A stretch of DNA of 64,000 nucleotides from an uncultured Thermoplasmata archaeon. Its GTDB lineage: Archaea > Thermoplasmatota > DTKX01 > GCA-020343715. Below the pieces are notes generated by a model, which was not told the DNA's origin, ran no database searches, and was given only the letters and a program-made list of their open reading frames with translations. Each line of letters starts with the position of its first letter. Positions within the stretch are counted from its first letter, which is position 1. Positions 35,875 to 43,909 of this stretch are shown here, one piece after another. The stretch covers positions 27,708 through 91,707 of the forward strand of contig CBDUQW010000002.1 in the NCBI GenBank assembly GCA_965369625.1, given 5' to 3'. Both the position numbers and the translations under genes were made by a program.

Positions 35875-35930
35875 AGGGGACGCAAACCCTTTATGGCCGC
35901 TGGGTCCTTCCGTACCTAGGTGGTCAGCGG

Positions 35931-37571
35931 ATGGCGAGGAGGTCGCGTCCTATCGGGTCTCAGAAGAAGATGACCAAGAAGAAGGACTGGACGTACAAAC
36001 TGGAGACGGGGAAGATATTCCTCTACATCCTCCAGATCATCCTGGTCATCCTCTACATCATCCGGGCGACCATCGACGACATGGAGGAGATCAAGGACGG
36101 CTACTTCAACCTCCTCGACGTCCTGGTCCCCCTGAGCCTCCTCATCGTCGTCATCGGCGTGGAGGAGGTGCTGATCTCGACCATGGTGGGCGCCTTCCGG
36201 AAGGACCTCTCCGACAGGTACCGGTACCTGGAGGCCGCGAAGCGGGGCGCCATCACCACCGCCGTCGTGGCCTTCATCATCGCCATCATAATGCTGGCGC
36301 CCCCGGTCCACGACATGATAGAGGACGCCTCCGGGCTCAACGAGACCGAGACCTCCCCCGAGCTTTTCAAGAACTTCAGGTCCAAGGACCCGCTGAACCT
36401 TACGGGGTTGGACAGGATGTTCGTGACCACCGAGGACAACGTCCTGTTCAACGTCACGCTGTACCGCGGGGACAAGCTGACCGACGGGTTGGTGGTGGAC
36501 AACGCCAGTCGCGTGCGGGAGTGGGAGTACAACTTCGACGTGGACGAGGTGGATGACTACATCATCCTCGCCACCCCCGTCTCCGCCTCGGGTGATATCA
36601 CCTGGGTCCTGGAGATGGAGACCAAGGTCCGGCAGGAGTTGATCTACGGCGTCGCCGTGCCCTTCCTCATCCTGGGCATCGTCAACCTCTGCTTCTACCC
36701 CCTGGCCCGCTTGTGGTCCCGGTCCACCGAGGACGAGTACGTCGAGACCCAGACCAAGAGGCTGCGCGCCCGGTTCAAGATAGAGGAGGCCTTCCTCATC
36801 TACGAGGACGGCAGGCTCATCGCCCACAACTCCCGTCGCCTCAAGCCTGAGAGGGACAAGGACATCATGACGGGCATGCTCACCGCGGTCCAGAGCTTCG
36901 TCACCGACACCCTCATCGACGAGGAGAGGGGGACCCTGGACCAGCTGAGGTACGGCTCCCTCAGCATCCTGGTGGAGGGCAAGGGCAGGGTGAACCTGGC
37001 CACCATCATCTCCGGCGACGAGTCGCCGGCGCTGCGCCAGGGCATGACGAACATCGTGTCCTACATAAGCGGCCAGTACCGCCAGTACCTGGAGGACTGG
37101 GACGGCGACGTGGACCACTTCAAGGACGTGAAGCGCTACATCGGCCACCTGGTCTCCACCGGCCAGGAGAAGGCCGTGCTGCCCGACGAGCTGTACCTGT
37201 TCCACCGTGACGGCCGGCTGGTGGCCCACCAGAACTCGCGCCTCGAGCCCTCCATCGACGACGGCCTGCTCCAGGACTGGGTGGACCAGATAGTGGGCGC
37301 GGTGCGCCGGTCGATGGCCGACCCCTCCAAGTCGATGCCCGCCCAGCTCAACGTGATGGGCTACGACGTCTACCTGGAGTACACCAACTACCTGAACATG
37401 GCCTTCATGACCACGCGCAAGGACGTCGAGGCGCGCAGGGACCTGATGTCCGACGTGCTCCACGACATCGACGCCCAGTTCCACGACACCCTCTACCAGT
37501 GGGACGGTGCGACCCAGGAGCTGGCGGACCTCAAGCTGATGCTGGAGTCGGTGTTGACCGAGAGGGTATAG
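35931..37571 (+). CDS. Membrane protein (546 aa) with about three N-terminal TM helices and two tandem Roadblock/LC7 (MglB-like) domains in the cytoplasmic C-terminal half.
   Basis: The ATG at 35931 is in frame with the long 6-frame ORF 34923..37571, whose upstream part is antisense noise. TM segments IFLYILQIILVILYII, LLDVLVPLSLLIVVIGV and AITTAVVAFIIAIIML. Roadblock repeat 1 is EEAFLIYEDGRLIAHNSRRL...MLTAVQSFVTDTL...GSLSILVEGKGRVNLATII. Repeat 2 is LYLFHRDGRLVAHQNSRLEP...WVDQIVGAVRRSM...YDVYLEYTNYLNMAFM. Confidence 0.75.
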   Translation: MARRSRPIGSQKKMTKKKDWTYKLETGKIFLYILQIILVILYIIRATIDDMEEIKDGYFNLLDVLVPLSLLIVVIGVEEVLISTMVGAFRKDLSDRYRYLEAAKRGAITTAVVAFIIAIIMLAPPVHDMIEDASGLNETETSPELFKNFRSKDPLNLTGLDRMFVTTEDNVLFNVTLYRGDKLTDGLVVDNASRVREWEYNFDVDEVDDYIILATPVSASGDITWVLEMETKVRQELIYGVAVPFLILGIVNLCFYPLARLWSRSTEDEYVETQTKRLRARFKIEEAFLIYEDGRLIAHNSRRLKPERDKDIMTGMLTAVQSFVTDTLIDEERGTLDQLRYGSLSILVEGKGRVNLATIISGDESPALRQGMTNIVSYISGQYRQYLEDWDGDVDHFKDVKRYIGHLVSTGQEKAVLPDELYLFHRDGRLVAHQNSRLEPSIDDGLLQDWVDQIVGAVRRSMADPSKSMPAQLNVMGYDVYLEYTNYLNMAFMTTRKDVEARRDLMSDVLHDIDAQFHDTLYQWDGATQELADLKLMLESVLTERV

Positions 37572-37583
37572 CGCTAGGGCGGC

Positions 37584-38144
37584 CTACCCCTGGTTGGGGT
37601 ACCTCTTCCTCTGGTCCTGCTCGAGCATGAGCTCGGCGAGGCGGTAGAAGGCGATCTCCACGTTGTTGCCTGTCTTGGCCGAGGTCTTGTAGTAGACCGT
37701 GTTGTACTTGGCGGCCAGGGCCTCCATGCCGTGCTCGTCCATGGTCCAGTATCCCTCCAGGTCCGTCTTGTTGTACACCAGGAGCACCGTCTTGTCGCCC
37801 ACGGCAGACCTGAAGGATTTGACCCACATCTCGAAGTTCTCGATGGTGGAGAGGCGGGTGATGTCCGCGATCACGATGGCACCGTCGGCGCCCCTGTAGT
37901 ACATCTCGTGAAGGCGGGTGGACTCCCTGGAGCCGATGAGGTCCCAGATCATCATGTCCATCTTGACGGTGTACACCATGGTGGGTACCTCGATCTTCTT
38001 CTTGGAGACGCGGGCGCCGATGGTGGACACGTACTTATCGTCGAAGGTGTTGAGCACGAACCTGCAGATGAGGCTGGTCTTTCCCACTGCCGGGTCTCCC
38101 AGCAGGACGATCTTCTTCTTGACCCTCTTGGTTGGCTCGTCCAT
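37584..38144 (-). CDS. Ras-like small GTPase (archaeal MglA/Arf/Rab-like), 186 aa.
   Basis: G1 GDPAVGKTS, G3 WDLIGSRE (DxxG), G4 NKTD. RBS GGAGTGA 7 nt upstream. Only 12 nt downstream of the nadX stop, suggesting co-transcription. Confidence 0.85.
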   Translation of the reverse strand: MDEPTKRVKKKIVLLGDPAVGKTSLICRFVLNTFDDKYVSTIGARVSKKKIEVPTMVYTVKMDMMIWDLIGSRESTRLHEMYYRGADGAIVIADITRLSTIENFEMWVKSFRSAVGDKTVLLVYNKTDLEGYWTMDEHGMEALAAKYNTVYYKTSAKTGNNVEIAFYRLAELMLEQDQRKRYPNQG

Positions 38145-38156
38145 CGAGTATCACTC

Positions 38157-38963
38157 CTAGGATCCTACCCAGAACGCCCCGGCGATCTTCCGGACCATCG
38201 AGATCGCGGCCAGGGCTGAGAGGTAGGAGGTCTTCTTGTTGTCCGGGTGGGGGTAGTTGCTCACCCAGCTGCGCATCTCCCCGAAGCTCCCCTTCAGGGT
38301 GATGGTGTGCTGGTTGGTGTCCACGTGGGGGTCGGCGATGATGCGCACCTTGGTCGCGTCGAAGCCCACCCCCGCCAGGGACAGCGCGGCGGCCACGTTG
38401 ATGTTCTGGGGGAAGTCCTTCACCGCCTGGCGGGCGGTCCCGTCGAAGAGGACCGTCTCCTCCTCGAGGGCGTCCAGGTCTATGCCCATCCTCGCCACGG
38501 CCTCGTTGCCCACCAGGGCCCGGGGCGGCTTGCGGGTCTCCAGCATGACCTCGTCGATGCGACCCTCGGCGGCGCACCTGACGCCGTCCACCCCCGCGAT
38601 GGCGCCGGTGGGGATGTAGATCTTGCACCCCTTCTCCCGGGCTATGCGGCGGAGGTGGTCTGCCAGCTTGTCGTCGGCCAGGGCGCCCACCGACATCATC
38701 ATCAGGTCGCGACCGGCCCACAGCACCTGGGGGGCGAACTCGGTCACGGCCCCCTGGGACGCGGCCTCGACCACCAGCTCGCTGTTCTTGATGAGCACCT
38801 CTATCGAGGTGACGTGCACCGCCTTGTCCAGGCGGGTGGCCAGGGAGCGGGCCGACTCCTCGCTGTGGTCGAACAGGAAGATGGAGCCGATGGCCTCGGT
38901 CCGGTCCATCGCCACGGCGATGGTGCGTCCGATGGCGCCACAGCCTATCAGTCCTATCTTCAT
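38157..38963 (-). CDS. nadX: L-aspartate dehydrogenase (NadX), 268 aa from ATG 38963.
   Basis: MKIGLIGCGAIGRTIA Rossmann start with a perfect GGAGGA-6nt-ATG. Overall similarity to NadX (...IYIPTGAIAGVDGVRCAAEGRIDEVMLETRKPP...HVDTNQHTITLKG). Confidence 0.8.
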   Translation of the reverse strand: MKIGLIGCGAIGRTIAVAMDRTEAIGSIFLFDHSEESARSLATRLDKAVHVTSIEVLIKNSELVVEAASQGAVTEFAPQVLWAGRDLMMMSVGALADDKLADHLRRIAREKGCKIYIPTGAIAGVDGVRCAAEGRIDEVMLETRKPPRALVGNEAVARMGIDLDALEEETVLFDGTARQAVKDFPQNINVAAALSLAGVGFDATKVRIIADPHVDTNQHTITLKGSFGEMRSWVSNYPHPDNKKTSYLSALAAISMVRKIAGAFWVGS

Positions 38964-39049
38964 AGGGCATCCTCCCGGGACTCGATTCGGCACGTCGGTA
39001 TTTCAAGGTATGGGAAAGAGAACCATCATTGGAAGGAAGGGACGGTCCC

Positions 39050-40105
39050 TCAGTCGAGGCCGATGTGCCCGATGGCCTCGGCGTGGCGGTACGCCCTCAG
39101 GAACTCCCCCGTGGTGGGCCGCCTCGAGATGTCCTCGTGCTCCCGGGCCCGGTACACCGGTCGGTACTGGTCCATCACGTTGACCCGGAGGGGCCCGATG
39201 CTCTCGCGGAGCCAGTCGAGGACCGGGACGGAGCAGCAGTCCACGTGGTTCGGCAGGACCAGGTGGCGGACGATGAGCTCGGCCTGGTCGAAGGCGTGCA
39301 GGTGGTTCCGGGACACCACCTCGAAGTAGCCCTCCACGTGGGACAGGCGGCGGGCGCAGTCGTCGTTGCCGTACTTGAAGTCGGTGAGGTAGAGGTCCAT
39401 GGTGGCGTCGAGCAGCGCGATGGTCCTCTCGGTCATGTACATGTTGGAGTTGAACACCTGGGGCCTGGGACGGTCCGACCGGAGCACGCCAAGGGTCCGG
39501 AGGATGAAGGGCACGTTGGGGATGGGGTCCCCACCCACCCAGTTGACGTTCCGCGAGGACCACTCCTCCCCGACGATCAGGTCGGCGCAGTCCTCGGGGG
39601 TCAGGGCCGTGCCCGACCGGGGGTTGCGGGAGATGTCGTGGTTCTGGCAGAACTGGCACTCCAGGTTGCACCCCGAGAAGAAGATGGTGTGGGAGGGGAC
39701 CAGCTCGTACTCCTCGCCGTGGTGCAGAAAGGAGGAGGACACCCGGGACTCGACCACACCGCACGTTCCCGCCTCGCCCCCCGCACGGTCGGCCCGGCAG
39801 CGCCGCTCGCACAGCTCGCACACCGCCCCCAGCCGGCCAGCCAGCTCTATCTTCAGGTCCAGCAGACTACCCTCGACGGGCTCGGGGGGAGGCGTGCCCT
39901 CCTCGGGCCCGCGGTCGAGGATGCCCGAGGCCCTGAGCCGGGACACCTCCTTCTCGTGGAGGGCCCAGAGCTCATCGGCGTCGTCCCCGGGGTCGAAGGT
40001 GACCTCCCTCGCCCTGGCGTGGACGTACTGGGGCCATCGTTCACCTGCCAGGATTGCGGCGTACCTGGGCAGGTGGGACAGGTCCTCGCGGGTCCGGCCG
40101 AACAC
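39050..40105 (-). CDS. Radical SAM enzyme of the pyruvate formate-lyase activating enzyme-like (PflX/AmmeMemoRadiSam-type) family. The start is uncertain: candidate GTG at 40103-40105 or about 40153.
   Basis: CNLECQFCQN radical-SAM cluster motif preceded by CELCERRC...GTCG. The 604-aa 6-frame ORF (to 40864) is an over-extension whose N-terminal 200 aa is antisense-type noise. It would also collide with the divergent subtilase start at 40248. Confidence 0.65.
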   Translation of the reverse strand: MFGRTREDLSHLPRYAAILAGERWPQYVHARAREVTFDPGDDADELWALHEKEVSRLRASGILDRGPEEGTPPPEPVEGSLLDLKIELAGRLGAVCELCERRCRADRAGGEAGTCGVVESRVSSSFLHHGEEYELVPSHTIFFSGCNLECQFCQNHDISRNPRSGTALTPEDCADLIVGEEWSSRNVNWVGGDPIPNVPFILRTLGVLRSDRPRPQVFNSNMYMTERTIALLDATMDLYLTDFKYGNDDCARRLSHVEGYFEVVSRNHLHAFDQAELIVRHLVLPNHVDCCSVPVLDWLRESIGPLRVNVMDQYRPVYRAREHEDISRRPTTGEFLRAYRHAEAIGHIGLD

Positions 40106-40247
40106 GCCAGAAGGCAGGACCTCTGGGCCCAATAAAGGCTTCGGAGCCGCTTCGACGCCCCTGACCCGTGTCCATCCGTTGCCCGCCGATGGGAGAACAG
40201 TAAAATAACCGGAACGACCTGAACCACCGTACTGGAGAGCTGATGCA

Positions 40248-42758
40248 ATGTCTTGGGTCAACGGGTCCGCCGCGAAGGCCATCGTCGCCACCATGCTCGT
40301 CGCGATGATGGTGCTGCCCGCGGCCTCCATCGCGCTGCCTATCGACGGACCCCTCTCCGGGCCACGGGACGATGGTCCCGACGGCGATGCGCCCCCCGGC
40401 GACAAGGTCTGGCCCGTGGTCGAGGCGGAGCGGGTCCCCATGTCCGAACGGTCATGGCTGGTGGACATCCACGGGTCGGGTCGCCCATATCCGCCCCAGC
40501 TGCTCACCGCCCTGGCCCCCAAGGGCTTCGACGAGGTGGTGTCGGTGATCGTGCAGTTCCGCGACGGCACCGACGCCGGCGACAGGGCCCTGCTCCAGCG
40601 GCTGGGGCTGCGCCTGGTGCACCGGTACGTGGGCGTGGACGCCTGCCACGTCGAGGGCCCCGTGGGCGCGGTGTGGACCCTTGTTGACTCCGGCCGCACC
40701 TGGTACGTGGAGCCCGACCTCCCCCTGGTGCACGACATGGAGGTGGGCACCAGGGTGGTGAACGCCACCCGGGTCTGGGCCAGCGAGGTCCAGCAGATGA
40801 TGGCCACCCCCAGCGCCCCCATCGACGGCACCGGCGTGACCTGCGTGGTGGTGGACACCGGCATCGACGCCAGCCATCCCGACCTGGACTACGGGACCAA
40901 GACCATCTTCAACCTCCGGTCGGACACCGGCGAGGGCCCGTACTACGAGACGGAGAACAGCGACCTGGGCTACGGGCACGGCACCCACGTGGCGGGCACC
41001 GTGGCGGGCAACGGCGACGGCTCGGCGGGTGCGAGGCGCGGCGTCGCCCCCGGGGCGAACCTCATCGGCATCACCGTCGACACCGACAACAGCGCGGGCT
41101 ACATGGGGTCCCTGGACTGGATATGGCAGAACTCCCGCCCGGGGGGCAACCCCCACAACATCCGGGTGTTCACCAACTCCTGGCACAGCACCGTGGAGGA
41201 GTACGACCCCCAAAAGGCCCTCATCGTGCTCATCAACAACATCGCCTTCGAGAACAGCGTGGTCTCGACCTGGTCGGCGGGCAATGACGGCCGGGACGAC
41301 CCCGAGGGCAACGCGCTGACCACCTCGGGCCAGGGCAACACCCCCGTGGGCATCATGTGCGCCGCCTTCGAGCGGGACGGGACCGGCGTGGCCGACTTCT
41401 CGTCCCGGGGCAAGCGGGGCGACAGCCACACCTACCCCGACGTGGGCGCCCCCGGCGTGCGGATCTGGAGCTGCGCCGCGCGGCGGACCATCATCAGCGC
41501 CGGGTCGTACGCGGGCAGCAACACCAACCCCTACTACCTGGCTATCTCCGGGACCTCGATGTCCACCCCCCACCTGGCGGGGCTGGTGGCGCTGGTCTGG
41601 CAGGCCGCCCCGTCCATGAGGATGTCGGACAAGCACGAGGACCACAGCGGCGACCCCGGCGACTGGTTCGAGCGGCCCGACACCCGCATCCACGAGGCGG
41701 AGTGGATCATCGAGGCCACCGCCAACTACCTGCGCGGCGGTACCGGCGGAGGCAGCGGCATCCCCCAGCACGACCCGGAGCTGGACGGTTACGGGGTGGA
41801 CGGCGAGCCCATCGACTTCGTGCAGGGCTACGGTCTGATCAACGCCGACCGCGCGGTCGCCGTGGCGCTGACCCTGGAGCAGCTGCGGATGGAGAACCCC
41901 GACAAGGACATCACGGTGGCCGACGCCCTGGAGGCCTACGAGGACGCCCTCGAGGAGGGCGAGCGGGAGGTGGCCACCGACCGGCTCTCCACCTCCTGGG
42001 AGGGCGAGTGGGGTCGCTTCACCGAGAACGAGGACGCTGCCTACCAGCCCTACAGCGCCAACCAGACCAAGCTCCTGTGGGTCCCCGCGGGCACCGAGAG
42101 CCTGGACGTCGAGGTGTTGTACCCCCCCATCGACCTGCTGAAGAAGAACGTGGGCACCATCACCTGGACGGTGGACTTCGGCGCTGACGGGACCGTGGAC
42201 GTGCAGGGCGAGATGACGCCGTCGATGACGGGCGCCCGGCGGGGTACCGTTTCCGCCAGCGGCCACGACGGCGAGTTCTGGGCCGTCGGCGTGATGGGCC
42301 AGGGCATCAAGGTGCAGCGGCCCACCCAGGACCACACCTACATGGAGGTGCGCGTCGAGTACGTGACCTCGGTGGTGGCCCACCTGTCCTCGGGGTCGGG
42401 TGCGCTGGCCGTCGACCCCCCCAACCTGGGGAGCGGTTACTACCACGCCTACTCAGAGCAGTGGCACGTCGTGGAGCCCACCGTGGATTACGGTGGCGGC
42501 ACCGTCATCGTCCCCTACCTGGCGTACAACATGACCAAGGTGGAGCTGGGCGGGCAGGGTCCCTCCATCGACGACCAGGCCTCCGGCTCCGGTGGGATGG
42601 GATGGCTGTGGTGGCTCCTCCTGGCCGTCGTGATCGTGGTCCTGGCCCTCCTCTACTGGAGGTACCGCGAGCGCATCGACCTCAAGCACAGGGCGGGCCG
42701 GATCACCCAGCGGGCCAGGGCGGCAGTGGGCCGCGTGACCCGGCGTTCCACGGGTTGA
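40248..42758 (+). CDS. Subtilisin-like serine protease (S8 family), 836 aa, with a signal peptide and a C-terminal TM anchor.
   Basis: Catalytic triad motifs VVDTGIDASHPDL (Asp), HGTHVAGTVAG (His) and GTSMSTPHLAGLVALVWQA (Ser). N-terminal MSWVNGSAAKAIVATMLVAMMVLPAASIA. C-terminal MGWLWWLLLAVVIVVLALLYW followed by a basic tail. Confidence 0.85.
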   Translation: MSWVNGSAAKAIVATMLVAMMVLPAASIALPIDGPLSGPRDDGPDGDAPPGDKVWPVVEAERVPMSERSWLVDIHGSGRPYPPQLLTALAPKGFDEVVSVIVQFRDGTDAGDRALLQRLGLRLVHRYVGVDACHVEGPVGAVWTLVDSGRTWYVEPDLPLVHDMEVGTRVVNATRVWASEVQQMMATPSAPIDGTGVTCVVVDTGIDASHPDLDYGTKTIFNLRSDTGEGPYYETENSDLGYGHGTHVAGTVAGNGDGSAGARRGVAPGANLIGITVDTDNSAGYMGSLDWIWQNSRPGGNPHNIRVFTNSWHSTVEEYDPQKALIVLINNIAFENSVVSTWSAGNDGRDDPEGNALTTSGQGNTPVGIMCAAFERDGTGVADFSSRGKRGDSHTYPDVGAPGVRIWSCAARRTIISAGSYAGSNTNPYYLAISGTSMSTPHLAGLVALVWQAAPSMRMSDKHEDHSGDPGDWFERPDTRIHEAEWIIEATANYLRGGTGGGSGIPQHDPELDGYGVDGEPIDFVQGYGLINADRAVAVALTLEQLRMENPDKDITVADALEAYEDALEEGEREVATDRLSTSWEGEWGRFTENEDAAYQPYSANQTKLLWVPAGTESLDVEVLYPPIDLLKKNVGTITWTVDFGADGTVDVQGEMTPSMTGARRGTVSASGHDGEFWAVGVMGQGIKVQRPTQDHTYMEVRVEYVTSVVAHLSSGSGALAVDPPNLGSGYYHAYSEQWHVVEPTVDYGGGTVIVPYLAYNMTKVELGGQGPSIDDQASGSGGMGWLWWLLLAVVIVVLALLYWRYRERIDLKHRAGRITQRARAAVGRVTRRSTG

Positions 42759-42945
42759 CGTACCACGGGATGTATTGACATGGTCATTACGGGCCATGGC
42801 AAGGGGTCGTCGCAGGTATCTAGACCGTAATAAACAATACCAATAGGCATAAATACGAGCGTGCCGTCTTGCCCATCGGGGTCATTGGCGTCCTGGAAAC
42901 TGCCGGGGGTGTCTTGTAGACCAGGTCATTTATTGGGAGAATGGT

Positions 42946-42964
42946 CATCAGCGGGGGCTTCGCG
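42946..42964. terminator. Perfect GC hairpin (gggggc-ttcgc-gccccc) in the convergent intergenic region between the subtilase and alaX. Possible bidirectional terminator.
   Basis: 6-bp G/C stem with a 5-nt loop, read directly. AT-rich flanks (cattattggg / tattgg). Confidence 0.3.
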
Positions 42965-43005
42965 CCCCCGTCCACCATCTTCTCACCATGGCCCCACCTC
43001 TCCTC

Positions 43006-43731
43006 TCACTGCTCTTCCAGGGTGAAGTGCACCCTCTCCTTCTGGGCACCCTTGGACTCGCGACCCAGGGGCTTGAGGTGACCCAGCTCGGAGAGGTTGC
43101 GCACGTGGGTGCCGGCGCAGGGGCACAGGTCGTAGCCCTCGATGTCGACGACCCGCATCCGGGTGATGTGCTTGGGCAGCAGGTCCAGCTGGGCCCGCCC
43201 CACCTTGACCCGGGTCTCCATCTCGTCCCGGTCCATCTCGTACACCGAGACCGGGACGGCGGCGTCCACCAGAGCGTCGAAGCGGACCTTGACCCTCTCC
43301 AGGTCCTCGTCGGTCAGCCGGGCCCGGTCGAAGTCGATGCGGGACCGGTCGGCATACAGCTGGTTGCCCACGGTGTGGGCGTCGTAGAGCTCGAGGATCA
43401 CGGCGGAGATGAGGTGCTGGGCGGTGTGCATGCGCATGTGGGCGTAGCGCAGGTCCCAGTCCAGCACTCCGCGGACCTGGTCGGGGACCGAGTGGGGGTC
43501 GCCGTCCACCACGTGCTTGACGATGCCCTTCTTCAGGACGTGGCCAACTGGGATGGAGCCTCCCTCCCACTCCAGGGTGCCGCGGTCGCTGGGCTGGCCC
43601 CCTCCCTCGGGGTAGAAGGCGCTGGCCTCGAGGACCACGTAGTCCTTCTTCCGCTTGATGACGCGGGCGTCCCACTCCCTGATGTAGTTGGCCTCCACGT
43701 CGGGCATGTAGAGCATTTCGGTGTCCGCCAT
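43006..43731 (-). CDS. alaX: Alanyl-tRNA editing protein AlaX (AlaRS editing-domain homolog), 241 aa.
   Basis: Zn-binding HxxxH (MHTAQHLISA) and CPCAGTHV motifs. Length and overall pattern of AlaX-M. Confidence 0.8.
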   Translation of the reverse strand: MADTEMLYMPDVEANYIREWDARVIKRKKDYVVLEASAFYPEGGGQPSDRGTLEWEGGSIPVGHVLKKGIVKHVVDGDPHSVPDQVRGVLDWDLRYAHMRMHTAQHLISAVILELYDAHTVGNQLYADRSRIDFDRARLTDEDLERVKVRFDALVDAAVPVSVYEMDRDEMETRVKVGRAQLDLLPKHITRMRVVDIEGYDLCPCAGTHVRNLSELGHLKPLGRESKGAQKERVHFTLEEQ

Positions 43732-43868
43732 AGGGGGTCCCCGGGCATCGAAGGGGCCTCGGCTTACTTGATGGTTTGGGCCGAACGAACCAGCGTCGCT
43801 TTATATAGCCGAGGGACATAGATCCACGTGGAAGCCGTTTTCTCCATACGCTGAAACGCACGGGAATA

Positions 43869-43880
43869 CTCTTAAATAAT
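43869..43880 (+). promoter_or_regulatory. TATA box (ctcttaaataatg) about 30 nt upstream of the lonB GTG start. A second TATA (gctttatatagcc, 43798-43810) on the opposite side may serve alaX.
   Basis: AT-rich elements in the divergent 178-nt intergenic region. Confidence 0.35.
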
Positions 43881-43909
43881 GACGGCAACATAATCAGCGA
43901 CCCCAGTGA

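Noticed and set aside
34923-35930. Upstream 336 codons of the 882-aa ORF 34923..37571.
   Set aside because: This part is antisense to the wHTH membrane regulator gene and has Gly/Asp/Val-rich composition. The ATG at 35931 with an upstream TATA box and an N-terminal TM segment marks the true start.
40154-40864. N-terminal about 235 aa of the 604-aa ORF 39050..40864.
   Set aside because: Ser/Thr/Pro/Arg-rich junk that would overlap the divergent subtilase gene. The radical SAM domain begins about 60 aa before the CxxxCxxC motif.
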